Below are positions 22,545-33,828 of a stretch of 64,000 nt of DNA, piece by piece (within the stretch, counting starts at the first letter, position 1; the number at the start of each line of letters is the position of its first letter). The notes below the pieces were generated by a model. That model saw nothing but the letters and a program-made list of their open reading frames with translations. It made no database searches and was not told the origin of the DNA. A program made the translations under genes and the position numbers. The stretch comes from Antechinus flavipes (Eukaryota), in assembly GCF_016432865.1 (NCBI RefSeq), contig NC_067400.1:617210001-617274000 (forward strand). Reading direction: 5' to 3'.

Positions 22545-22800
22545 TTCAAAGAATTGCTGTTCAACAAGATTATGTGATGATCGATTGTGATGGACTTGGT
22601 TCTTTTCAACAATGAAGAGATTCAAGGCAAATCCAATTTGTGATGTTTAACACATATTGGATTATTTGCTATCTGGGGGGGAGGAGATAAGAGAAGGGAG
22701 GGGGGAAAATTTGGAACACAGGGATCCCCGGGAGTGAATGTCGAAAACTATCTTTGCATATATTTTGAAAACAAAATGCTATTATTAAAAAAAAAAAAAG
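22545..22800 (+). mobile_element. LINE-1 3' end fragment with poly(A)
   Basis: G-rich 3' UTR tract, GAAAACTATCTTTGCATATATTTTGAAAA, then an A tail. Confidence 0.55.
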
Positions 22801-23469
22801 AATTGCTGTTTGTTTCTCCAACTTATTAGGTTCAATTCACTGCTCTCACCCAGTGAGATCCTTTTATATTCTGTCCTTTGTATTAGCTCTCTGCCCCAGC
22901 TTTGTCATCCATGAATTTGAGCAGACCATTAATGACTTCATCCAAATCACTGATCAAGTGTTACATGACACGGCCAAGCATAAATCCAGTGGAAGGGTGC
23001 ACACTGGCTAACTTTTGTCACTTTGAATCATAACAATGACAGATTCTCCTCTGAATCATCTGGCTGTCCTGAGGCAGCGATCAAGTGCCAGAACTGGATT
23101 CAGATCTGGCCTCGGGCACTAACTTTGTGGTCCTGAACCAATCACTTAATTTTTCCTCATCTGTAAAATGAGGACGATAGCTGCTACCTCCCGGGGTTGT
23201 CATGAGAATAACGCAAGGAAAATATTTGTCAAGAGCTATGAAAACCTCAAAGCATTATATAAATGCTAACTCATAATTATTGTCTAATGAAAAAGTGGCA
23301 ACCGCAGAGCTGCTGGCCACATACGCCCCCGGTGCTGCTTAAGCCAGATTAAAATATAGTTTGGAAATATTAAAATTCAATAAAACAAAAGTATTACATT
23401 TTAAAACTAAGGTGTTAGGTGGCCCGCAGGGCTCCTTATGTTTGGTTTATTGATTCCTGGTTTTTTTTA

Positions 23470-24420
23470 AATATATTTTTCAATATATTTCCTAATTACA
23501 TGCAAATTTTAAAAACATTATTTTTAAATTTTGAGTTCCAAATTCCCTCTCTCCTACCCTGTCCCCTTCCTTGAGAAGGATAGCAATTTGATCAAGGCTG
23601 GACAGAAGCAGCTACACCCAAAGAAAGAACACTGGGAAATGAATGTAAACTGCTTGCATTTTTGTTTTTCTTCCCGGGTTATTTCTACCTTCTGAATCCA
23701 ATTCTCCCTGTGCAACGAGAGAACTGTTCCGTTCTGCACACATATATTGTATCTAGGATAGACTGTAACCTATTTCACATGTAAAGGATTGCTTGCCATC
23801 TGGGGGAGGGGGTGGAGGGAGGGAGGAGAAAAATCGGAACAGAAGTGAGTGCAAGGGATAATGCTGTAAAAAATTACCCTGGCATGGGTTCTATCAATGA
23901 AAAATTATTTAAAAAAAAAAGGATAGCAATTTGACATCAATTATACATATGAAATCATGCAAAACATTTCCATGTTAGCCATGTTGCAAAAGAAAACAGA
24001 CCAAAACCCAAGAAAAATAAAATTTAACAAATCTATGCTTCTATCTGCACTCAAAGTTCATTTGTTCTCTTCTTGGAAGTGGATAGCATTTTTCATTATG
24101 AATCTTTTGGAATTATCTTGGATCTTTGTTTTCATCAGAGACCCTAATTCTCTCACAATCGATCAGTACAATGTAGCCATTACAGGATACAATGTTTTCC
24201 TGGGTCTGCTCCCTTCAGTTTGTATCAGTTCACAGAAGTCTTCCTGGATTTTTCATGGAAGCTCCTCATTTCTTATGGCACAATAGTAATCCATCAACAA
24301 TCCCATACCACAATTTGTTCAGCCATTCTCCAGTTGAGAAGCATCATCTCAGTTTCCAATTTTTTGCCACCATAAAAAACCTTATTATAAATACTTGTGT
24401 ATGGATGAGTCTTTTTACTT
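23470..24420 (-). mobile_element. Older LINE-1 3' fragment interrupted by a younger L1
   Basis: T-rich start, then TTTTGAGTTCCAAATTCCCTCTCTCC...; continues after 23934 with typical L1 3' UTR sequence. Confidence 0.5.
23592..23918 (+). mobile_element. Young 5'-truncated LINE-1 with poly(A) and 16-bp target-site duplication
   Basis: TSD AAGGATAGCAATTTGA at 23576-23591 and 23919-23934. The body is the reverse complement of the elements at 25037-25490 and 38820-38989. Confidence 0.78.
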
Positions 24421-25036
24421 TGTGATTCCTGTTTCTTTCCATAATATCTGCACAAAAAATGACTTTATTCAAAGTTTTCCTAAAAAACAAAATCTACACA
24501 AATTATGCTGACATTTCTTTCGTCTAGTTTAATAATCCTGCAGAAAAAGAAAACGAGTTTAGTATGGCTGGAAGAGGAGCTTTTTTTTTTTTTTTTCTTT
24601 CTCTTGTTGGTAATTACTGCCAACCCAACTGAGTGAGCTGGGGTAGCTTGATCCTAGAGCACCACCTGGTGGATTGGCCAGACATTATCCCAAGCAGCTT
24701 CCTCAAAGCAGAATTTTTCATTGATATTTGCAAAAAATGGAAAGCTTGCAGGGAAAGCATTCTTTTCCTTTGTTTCCTTGACTGGAATTCTCAGACCTTT
24801 TCCCCCTAAAGGAATGCCTTCTCCTCTCTGGATCTCAGTTTCTTCACTTGTAAGAAATGACTCCTAGTAGCCTCCACAGTTCTATTATTCTGGGATCTCA
24901 AAATTGCTGATTTCTGGCTCGGGGTCTGTCCCAGTTGGTTTTCTGAGTGCCCATTATTCATTCAATGCCCTCTACTGTGATCCCTTTCATTTCAATCCCC
25001 TTTGATGTTACATGTACTTTGATCCATTTCACATTC

Positions 25037-25490
25037 TCTCTCTTTTTTTTTAAATAACTTTTTATTGACAGAACCCATGCCAGGGTAATTTTTTACAGCA
25101 TTATCCCTTGCACTCACTTCTGTACCGATTTTCCCTCTCCCTCCCTTCACCCCCTCCCCCAGATGGCAAGCAGTCCTTTACATGTTGAATAAGTTACAGT
25201 ATATCCTGGATACAATATATGTTTGCAGAACCCAACAGTTCTCTTGTTGCACAGGGAGAATTGGATTCAGAAGGTATAAATAACCCAGGAAGAAAAACAA
25301 AAATGCAGGAAGTTTATATTCATTTCCCAGTGTTCTTTCTCTGGGTGTAGCTGCTTCTGTCCATCTTTGATCAATTAAAGCTCTCTTTATCGAAGAGATC
25401 CACTTCCATCAGAATCCATCCTCAAACAGTATCGTTGTTGAGGTATATAATGATCTCCAGGTTCTGCTCATTTCACTTAGCATCAGTTCA
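25037..25490 (-). mobile_element. Young 5'-truncated LINE-1
   Basis: Poly-T, then TAACTTTTTATTGACAGAACCCATGCCAGGGTAATTTTTTACAGCATTATCCCTTGCACTCACTTCTG; flanked by TCACATTC at 25029 and 25491. Confidence 0.75.
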
Positions 25491-26084
25491 TCACATTCCC
25501 TTTGTAGGAGAGAGATCTAGTCAGGAAGTCACGGGAGCTGTGTCCTGCTCTCAGCTCTGTTCTCCTCGTTCCTGTTCCCATCCCAGCCTCCAACACTCAT
25601 GACTTTTTGTACCTGGCTCTCCACCTCAGTATCCCTAACTGTGAGATGAGGTTACATTGACCACGTCTAGCGTCTCATTTTCTAATGTTAAGCTTGGGAG
25701 TGGAACATGAGGCAATCTCGTCCAGCCCCTTTCATTGGAAAAAGAGGCTGAGTCACAGAAGGTTAGAATTTTGAAAGGTTAAGTCCTTCTGTGTCTTGGT
25801 CCCTCAGTCAACGCCTACAATAGTCATTCCTATATCTAAATTCGGTGAACTAGGAGATGCCAGACACTTCTCTAATCCCTTAAGGTTTACAAGTCTGACT
25901 CTTTGTGACCCCATTAAGGTTTAAAAGTCTGACTCTTTGTGACCCCTTTTGGGACTTTCTTAGGAAAGATACTGGAGTGCTTTACCATTTCCTTCTTCAG
26001 CTCTGCCTCACTTAAATCCAATTCACTTACAAGTCAAGACACCACCCTCCTGATATTATTGGTTCAGCACATTTTACAGATGAA

Positions 26085-26210
26085 GAACTGAGGCAAAGGT
26101 TAAGTGATTTGCCCAGGGTCACACTGATAGGATCTAAAGCAGGATTTGATTTAGTCTGCCAGACTCCAGGGTTCAGAAGTCTATCTACTTCCTCACTTAG
26201 CTGCCCCCCA
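26085..26210 (-). mobile_element. MIR/MAR1-like SINE
   Basis: CORE-SINE signature TTTTACAGATGAAGAACTGAGGCAAAGGTTAAGTGATTTGCCCAGGGTCACAC...TAGCTGCCC. Confidence 0.6.
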
Positions 26211-27249
26211 GCTGTCTAGACATGGGAGACAGCAAGTAAAAATGCAGGGACTAGGGAAGGTGGATTATTTTGTTCCAGAAAGAGCAGGAAAGCCATTGGC
26301 CAGATGGCAGGGAATGTGAAGGTGAAGAGTAAGGTTAATGGGAAAGTGAGAAAAAATAAACAGGTTATGAAGGACTTTCAAGGACTTTTGAGATTTGATC
26401 TTGGAGGCAACAGGGAACCGCTGAAGGTGATTGAGAGGACAAGGGTGATGTGGTCCGATGTTGGCTTTAGGAAGATCACTTTGACAACTGAGTGGAGCAT
26501 AGACTAGGCATTTGAGACAGAGAGACCAACCCGACGAGTGGCCGTCAGGCAGGAGATGGCTAGGGAGAGAAGAGGATATGTGTGAGTGATAAAAAGGGAG
26601 CAATGGCATTATGTGGCAATAGATTAGACTGGGAGTGGCACAAGAGTGAGTGTCTGGGACTATGACCTCAAGGAAATGGCCAACCATTCCCTTACCTTGG
26701 CCAATAAAACCCTAAATGGTGCCAACAATGATAGAGAAACTAAGAATGGAGAAAGGTTTTTTTTTTTTTTTTTTGGGGGGGGAGATAAGTTCAATATTGA
26801 ATCTGATGAATTTAAGATTTGATGGGATACCTCACTTTCACTTTTAGACTCATTTAATTAATTCTCTAGAAAATTTCTTATTAAGGCTTTATTTTTTTTT
26901 TAACTCCCACCCTTCCTTTTGTGGACATTTTATTATTACATTTTACAAATGAATAAACGGAAGTTCAAAGCAATTGCTCCTGAGTCACAAGAACAGGAAT
27001 TGTCGGAAGCCGGATTCGAACTTACATTTACTTAGACCAGGGTTCAAGGGCTAGCACAGGCAGCCAAGGGACTCTGGGGCGCAGGGAGAGGGAAAGCCTC
27101 CTAGGTTTCTCCGCGGGCTCCCCCTTCTGGCTCTCTCGGGAATGACCTCAGTGGATTGAGTTTTCTGGTCACGAACAGGCAGGAAGCCGGCTCTAGCCAG
27201 ACCAGCCTGGTCTTTAGATGGGTGCCCTCCGCTCCCTGCCCCACCCCTC

Positions 27250-27440
27250 GCCGTGCTGCCCGGGGCGCATGCGCCATCTTGGAGGCCTTCCTAGAGAGAA
27301 AGAGCTGGATCAGATTAGTCGGCTCCCCGACCAATCAGAGAAAAGATTCGGAAGGCGGTGTTCCTTCCACCCACTTCTCCCTCCTAAGTTCCTGACCAAT
27401 GGGAGAGCGTCGAGGGCCGCAGTGACCAATCAACTGAGAG
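27250..27440 (-). promoter_or_regulatory. Orphan housekeeping-type promoter cluster (NRF1 + YY1 + 3x CCAAT)
   Basis: GCGCATGCGC 27265-27274, overlapping AAGATGGCG (minus) 27272-27280, and GACCAAT boxes with CCAAT at 27331, 27396, 27426. Confidence 0.55.
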
Positions 27441-28689
27441 GGGAGTGGCATTCTCCCAGTCCTCTCTGAGAGATTGTTAAAGGGCTTGAGGTGGTGATGG
27501 TGGCGGTAGGGGGAAATGGGGGGGAGGATAAAGAGTGGTGGTGGGGGAGGGGGTCAGCTGGGAAACGGACAGTTTAAATCCGTTGTCCTTCCCCCTGGCC
27601 TCCCGGAGAATCCCTTGTCCCCATCGGTAAAATCACAGGGTGTACCTGAGCTCCCTTCCAACTGCGACATACTGCGCTGCTCTCTCCTGCTCAGGAACGT
27701 CCTGTAGCTCCCCCTGACCCGCAACATCCCCCCGGGCACCTTCAGTGACTGCGGTTTTCTGTAGTAACCGGTTCTTTCCACAACACGCAGCAACAAGGGA
27801 ACTGATAACAAGGCTAAGAAGCCCCGGCTAGAAGAGCCTGCGTTAGAGCTGGGGGGGACTCCGAGGCCATCTCCCCATTTTACGGATGATAACAAGTAGC
27901 AAAGCACGTTACAGATCGTACCATCCTCCCAACCCCTCCCAGAGGAAGGCGCTCTCACTAGCCTCATTTTACAGACAAGGAAACATTGTCCCGCCCGGGG
28001 GCGCACCGCTACTAAGTGTCCGAGGCTGAAATTAAACCCTTCGCGGGGGTCCTAGCTCTCTAATCACCGCGCTACTTAGTTACCCGGATCAGGGAACCAC
28101 GGCCTCCCCTTTGCCATCCCTGCCTCCACCCCACCTTGCTTCCTTCCTTTCACCTCCTCCAGGAATTAACTAATTCATTAATGCACGTGCTTTCTGTAGA
28201 CTTCCACGCGTGTTTGTTGGGGTCTGGAGAGCGAGGTTGAGTCCTCCAAGGCGGCGCTTTCCTAGTTTTCCCTGGGACCCAGCACGGGGGCAAGAACACT
28301 GCTGGGCCGCGAGCTCCTTGGGAGCTCGGGCTGGTTGCTCCCTTTTTTGGTGTGCGTCCAGCACGTAACCCGGTGGCCGGCACGTAGTAGGCACTTAAGT
28401 CTGACGGATGGGACGCAGGGCCCCGGCACCTGCAGCTCTGCAGTGTGAGGGAGAAAGGAGCCCCAGACTGCGTGGTCGCTGCTGGCTCCTGGGGCCCTCC
28501 TCCTCTGGCTTTCCTCCAGAAAAAGGATCCTGTGGAGGATGGGGAGTGGGGGCGGGAGGGGGCAGAACGAGCCCCCCAGGACTCCCAGTTTCCAGTAAGC
28601 AAGAGAGTGGAGAGCTTGCCCCTCAGGGCTGCATTTTCTCCCTCCCTGTGGCCACCTCATCCTCGGCTTCCCGTGGCTCCCAACTCCAA

Positions 28690-28880
28690 TCCCCCTTCTC
28701 CAGGAAACCTCTCCGCAGCCTCTTTACTTCTAGTGCTCTCCCTCGGAGATGATTTCCGATTAATGTAGACTCTATCTTGTTGGTACCTAGTTGTTTGTGT
28801 GTAGTTTGGGAGCTCCTTGAAGACAGGGACTGTCTCTTGCCTTTTTTTTTTCTGATTTAGCACACAGTAGGTGATTAATA
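28690..28880 (+). mobile_element. L2 LINE 3' end
   Basis: GAGCTCCTTGAAGACAGGGACTGTCTC...TAGCACACAGTAGGTGATTAATAAATGTTTATTGA is the typical L2 terminus. Confidence 0.55.
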
Positions 28881-30709
28881 AATGTTTATTGACCGATCGA
28901 TGGACTACAGAATAGGGGATGGTTTAGCAGGACCCAGAGGTGGAATCTTCTGGAGAAGGATGGGTCCCAAAGAGTAAATTAGGGGAGAAAAACAGGTTTG
29001 CGAACCCACGTGCCTGGGTCCCCAGCACATTTTGGGGCTCCGAGGCAGCCGGGAAGGATCTAGATGTTTGGATTTGCGGTGTAAGGAAACATCTGGCGGA
29101 TCAGGAGACTCCTGGGTCCCCGAGGAGGCAGGAGCATGGGACCCAGATGCCCGAGTCTTGGCAGAGAGCAGGGGTTTGGGATTTCAGCCCTCTGAGGGCT
29201 TGGGCAGTAAGGACTCCTGGGGCTTGGGAAGGGACAAAGCCAGGCAGGAAGCCGCCTGGGGTATTTACTTTGGCCACAAGACAAGGGGCTGGCCTAGAGA
29301 GGACACAAGAGAGATTGATTGTTCATCCTGCAAACTCCCCACCCCCTTCTCAGGCTGGGAACTTGGGGACCTTCCGAGTACACACTCAGATCCCCCTACT
29401 GGGGCCCCCTGCCCTTCCCGGAATCACACTGTTACATCCTCCTGGGGTTGGGGAGGGGAGAGGTGACAGCCCAACCCCCTCTCCTTTCCAAATAGAGCAT
29501 CCCCCCTGCAGAGATTTCTGGAGGAAGAGGCTGGAGATTAAAGTTTAAAGGATTAGGAGGAGAGAAAAATCTGGCTTCAATTTGGGAAGGATGTGGAAAG
29601 CAGCCTAGATGAACCCCACCCCCATTCAGAGACCCAGAAATCCTGTCCACCAGCATTGTCCAAGCAGGAGCCCCAGGGATGCTGTCACCCAGAAACTTCT
29701 CCTTTGGTTCTGCAACATTTCCTCCCAAGACATCCTGCTCCCCACCTCCCCCCTTCCTTCCAGTAGCCCGGGAGCTGTTGAGAATCTGGGAGCTCATTTT
29801 CCCCACCCAGAAGTCATCGGGAATAGAGTTTCAAGATCTTGACCCCCAGATCCCACCTCAGCCAAGAACCCAGGGAATTCTACAATCTCCATCTCTTCTC
29901 TTCATTAGGTATCCAGATCTCCTGTTCCGACTTCCTTATGGATTCTAGTGTCCATTGCCCTCAGAGCCTTGGAGACCAAGGCCTCTGGGTCCCCAGCTTC
30001 CATCCCTCCAGGGGGCAGTGTTTTCTAGAAACCCCCCCCAGTCCTTCCAATGTAGAGGGCCCAAACACCGGAGAAGTAGAAGTATACTTGAGGCAAGGAT
30101 ACTTACGACAAGGTGTTAACTCAGTGGAATTGGGGACACTCAGATGTAAAACGTTCCTTCCCTTTCCAAACTTCCCTACAAAGCACTTGATCTTCTTCTC
30201 TCCTGCCCCCCCTGCCCTTCATCCCCCTTATTCTTTTGCACACTTGGCCCAGTCCTACCCACAAGCTCCACAAGCAGTAGAGACTGCTTTATGGTGTTTC
30301 CCGCCACCAGTGTCTCAGAAGCTCAGCCCCCTGTATGTTCTGTCCCAGCCCGGCTGTGACCTCCTCAGTGTGGAGTGCTGGGTTTAAAAGGAGATTTGGG
30401 TTCAAATCTTGACTTACTACCTGTCTGAGAGGGGTCAGGCACTCAAACCGTCTCCTTCAGCTTCCTCCCCTTCTTGTGGCTAGCTCTAGATCTAGGATTC
30501 TAGGAAACTGCCTTCGGCCCCCCAGGCAGCTCTGAGTGGAGTAGTTTTTGAAGAGTTTCCTGGGACACGGAACTATCTCCCAGCCCGTTCCTGGCCCCAC
30601 AGATCCCAATTCCCCCTGGCTCAAAGCCACAGAGGTCCCGAGGTCCTGCAGAGTTTCTCAGCCTCCCCACACCCCAGAAGAAGTTGCCTTCATCTCATTT
30701 ATAGACAGT

Positions 30710-30715
30710 TTTATT
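30710..30715 (-). terminator. APOC2 polyadenylation signal AATAAA
   Basis: TTTATT ~95 nt past the stop codon. Confidence 0.75.
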
Positions 30716-30809
30716 GGAGGGAAGTCTGGGAGTGAGGTTTCCGGCTGCACCCGCCTGGGTTGGGCGAAAGATGGAGGAGAAGAGGGGGGATCCAGGATTC
30801 ACTGGCTCA

Positions 30810-31986
30810 TCACTGCTCCCCCTTTAGCATGTGAATGATTTGATCTGTTAGAATCCCAGTGTATGTGGTCATGGCCTCTGTACCCTTGTCATAGACGTGC
30901 CTGTGGGGAATAGGGATGATGGGCTGAGGGATGGCCTGAGTCCCTCAGAGGTGCCGGGACAGGGGTGGGCTGAAGGGAGAGGAGACTGGGGAAAGGGGAG
31001 GAAGGAAGGGTGGGAGACTGGATGTCTGGGATCTTTGAGGAGTGGTGGATTGAGGGCCTGGGAAGTTGGGGACCTGACACTGCAGGTCCTGGGGACAGAG
31101 GGCCTGGATACCTGGGTCTTGAGAAAATAAGGGATCTGGGGACAAGGAGATTGGATGGGTGGGGTCCTTGAGGGGTGGTGGATTGAGGGCCTGGGAAGTT
31201 GGGGGCCTGACACTGCAGGTCCTGGGGACAGAGGGCCTGGATACCTGGGTCCCTGAGAAGACAAGGAGACTGGATGCCTGGCTCCCCTCTAAAAGGGGAG
31301 ACTCGGTGCTGGTGTCTTGGGTGTCTCTGTCCCTGGAGGATGGGGGAACCCGGGAGGGACTAGCCACCTGGCTGAGGTGGTGGACAGGGCCTCTGGGCTC
31401 TCCCCCCTGGACTGGAGGAGGGTCTCATTACCTGAGGTTTTGATCCACTCTAGGTATGTGGACATTCTCATAGAGCTCCTGCGCCTTGGCTTTGGCGGTC
31501 TGCCAGTAGGAAAAGATATGGTTCTGGACCCTGCTCAGCAGGCCGGGGCTCTCCTCTCGGCGAAATCGGGGTCTGGCAGCCGGGGCAGCTGGGAAGGAGG
31601 GCGAGAAGAGCTGCCAGTGGGGTTGGGGCCAATGGCACCGAGCCATCGGCTAGCGAGGGATCCAGGTCAAAGGGAAATGGGAGAGAGAACATAGGAACTG
31701 GGAATCGGGAGGGAGTGAGGGGCAGCGGGGGAAATCGAGGAAGGAGAAGGGTTAGGGACAAGGGCTACAGCCGAGTCAGGTGAATTCCATTGAAGGAAAG
31801 AGAAAGAACTGGGAGGGGAGGAGTTGGAGGGGAGTTGCAAAGAAGGGAGGCAACTAGGGAGAATTCAGGTCAGAGGGAGAATTAGGATGGGAGGAGACAG
31901 AACCGAAGTACCGAGTCCCACTTACCTGAGGCCAGCAGCAGCAGCAGCGCCAAGCAGGTAAGAGTGGAGAGGGTCCTGGTACCCAT
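30810..31986 (-). CDS. APOC2: Apolipoprotein C-II, 102 aa precursor
   Basis: Coding exons 31986-31926 ([20 protein letters not shown]), 31588-31432 ([53 protein letters not shown]), 30900-30810 ([29 protein letters not shown]). The C-terminus matches the LPL-activating YTGIxTDQ...KGE motif; phases 1 and 2 as in human. Confidence 0.93.
31030..31260. repeat. ~133-bp tandem duplication in APOC2 intron 3
   Basis: GTGGTGGATTGAGGGCCTGGGAAGTTGGGG...CACTGCAGGTCCTGGGGACAGAGGGCCTGGATACCTGGGTC at ~31042 and ~31175. Confidence 0.8.
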
Positions 31987-32641
31987 GATAGCTGCGAGAA
32001 CTGGAGGCGTCGGGACAAGTCAGTGCAAGGGATGAGATGGGAGGGGGGACCCCATTCACTTGCCTCTTGCCCTGAGATCATTTCACTCCCAAAGGAATAT
32101 TCTCTCACATGTCGCTCCTGCTTTCCGTTCCGGCTGCCACGTCCCCTTTCTCCCCACTGTCTTGCCCCCTCAACCTCCTGTCCCTCTCCGATATTTCTCC
32201 TCTCTTTCCTCCCTATCCCCGGGCTCCCCTTTCTCTCCATTTCCTTCCTTCTCTGCCTCCCTTCTCTCCTTCACCTCTCTTTCCTTCAGCTTCCCCTGGT
32301 CCCTCACACTCCACGGAGAGAGTCTTTTTCTTGCCTCCAGGCCCTGGCTAAATCTCTGTTCCTTCCAGGCCTTCATTTCCCCTTCACTAAAGAGGGAATT
32401 CGATTGGATCATCCGGCTTCTCCTGCGGCTCAGACTGGTCTGACGCCCTGCTCCAGGCCAAGATCCCAGATCGGAGCTTAGGGGATTGAGGGGCTACCCA
32501 AGCTTCAGGTCCAGAATGAGTCAGTTCCCATCTCTGGGCCTCCCCCCAGATCAATCCCCATTGGCCATCTAGGATCCGCTGTCCCGACTTCCCGTCCCCA
32601 CCCCCCCCATTTCAGCCAAGCCACAGCCCCCGGGCCCTCAC

Positions 32642-32760
32642 CTGCAGCCCCAGCTCGGTCTCTGCTTATCAGCCCAGAACAAGGGTCGGGCCCTTTATAG
32701 GTGGCCAATGTGGCATTTCACCTCCCTACCCCCCCCCCAGCCCAGCTCAAAGTCCAGGCC
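32642..32760 (-). promoter_or_regulatory. APOC2 non-coding exon 1, TATA box and HNF4 site
   Basis: Donor CAG|GTGAG at 32642/32641, TATAAA 32694-32699 (minus), HNF4-type CAAAGTCCA 32748-32756. Confidence 0.7.
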
Positions 32761-33198
32761 AACACAACAGAGTTGGGCTTGGGGGGTGGGGGTGGGAGAA
32801 GACCCAAATCAGTGCGGCCCAGAGGGATCTCCTCTGTCCTGGGAACTTGGGAGGAACGACTGGGATCACTCTGGGTGATGGACTCCTCGGAGTGGTCCTG
32901 AGATGGTTGACAGAGGCAGGAAGTTAAAGGCGATGAGCCTGTGCTGTCCCCTAGAGCCTTATGGGGTACCTGCCAGTCCCCTCCCCCCTTCCAGTGTCCA
33001 GCTGGACACTCAGGGGCCTAGGAAGTGGGTGACGGGGAGACCCTCCGAACTCCCTGACCCAGACCCTTCCCATTCCTGATGGGGAACTCTCTAGAGTAGA
33101 GCAGTAGTCAGCGCCTCAGGCCTTTATCCCTCAGTTTGGTGGGGTGAGGTGACAGGTGATGGCGAAGGAAATGGGAGACAAAGAGAAAGGGACTCAAT

Positions 33199-33204
33199 TT
33201 TATT
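33199..33204 (-). terminator. Probable APOC4 polyadenylation signal AATAAA
   Basis: First TTTATT I can see after the APOC4 stop (~625 nt), ~500 nt upstream of the APOC2 TATA box. Confidence 0.55.
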
Positions 33205-33354
33205 AGGAGGCTGGCCAGAGGTGGTCGCATCGTTTTACAGATAATTGCTAGTTGTTAAAATGTCCTACGGGTGAGAAATCTTGAAATACAACATTTTAGA
33301 ACGCCCAACAAAGAATAATGGCAAAAAACCCTCAGCACAGAAAATGTCAGAACC

Positions 33355-33690
33355 GGGAGGACCCTTAGAGCAGAGGATGACAGAGCTGGGGGACCTTAGA
33401 ACAGGGGATGTCAGAGCTGGGGGGCCTTAGGACAGGGGGTATTAGAGCTGGGAGGGAGCTTAGGACAGAGGATGTCAGAGCTGGGAGGGGGCTTAGAACA
33501 GGTGTCAGGGCTGGGAGAGACCTTAGAACAGGGAATGTCAGAGGGGGGAAGCTCTTTAGAATAGAGTGTAGAGTTGGGAGGGCCTTAGAACAGGGGATGT
33601 CAGAGTGGGGAGGGCCTTGGAACAAGGGATGTCAGAGATGGGAGGACCTTGGACAGGGGATGTGAAAGCTGGGAGGGGCCTTAGAACCAG
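33355..33690. repeat. ~32-bp degenerate tandem repeat in the predicted APOC4 3' UTR
   Basis: About 11 units of CCTTAGAACAGGGGATGTCAGAGCTGGGAGGG; same family occurs inverted at 43950-44150. Confidence 0.8.
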
Positions 33691-33828
33691 GGTTGTCCCA
33701 CCGTAAAACATGCAGAAGTCCAACATCCCTTGATATGGGGGGAGTGGAAGCCCAGAGGGGGAGTCTCTGGTTCCCATGTATGGCCAGCATGATGAAAGTT
33801 GGGGTTTCTTGCTTCGTAGCCCATTGCT

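Noticed and set aside
30090-30150. Strong minus-strand donor GTAAGT at 30106 downstream of APOC2
   Set aside because: No convincing acceptor or ORF upstream, and it lies past the APOC2 poly(A) signal.
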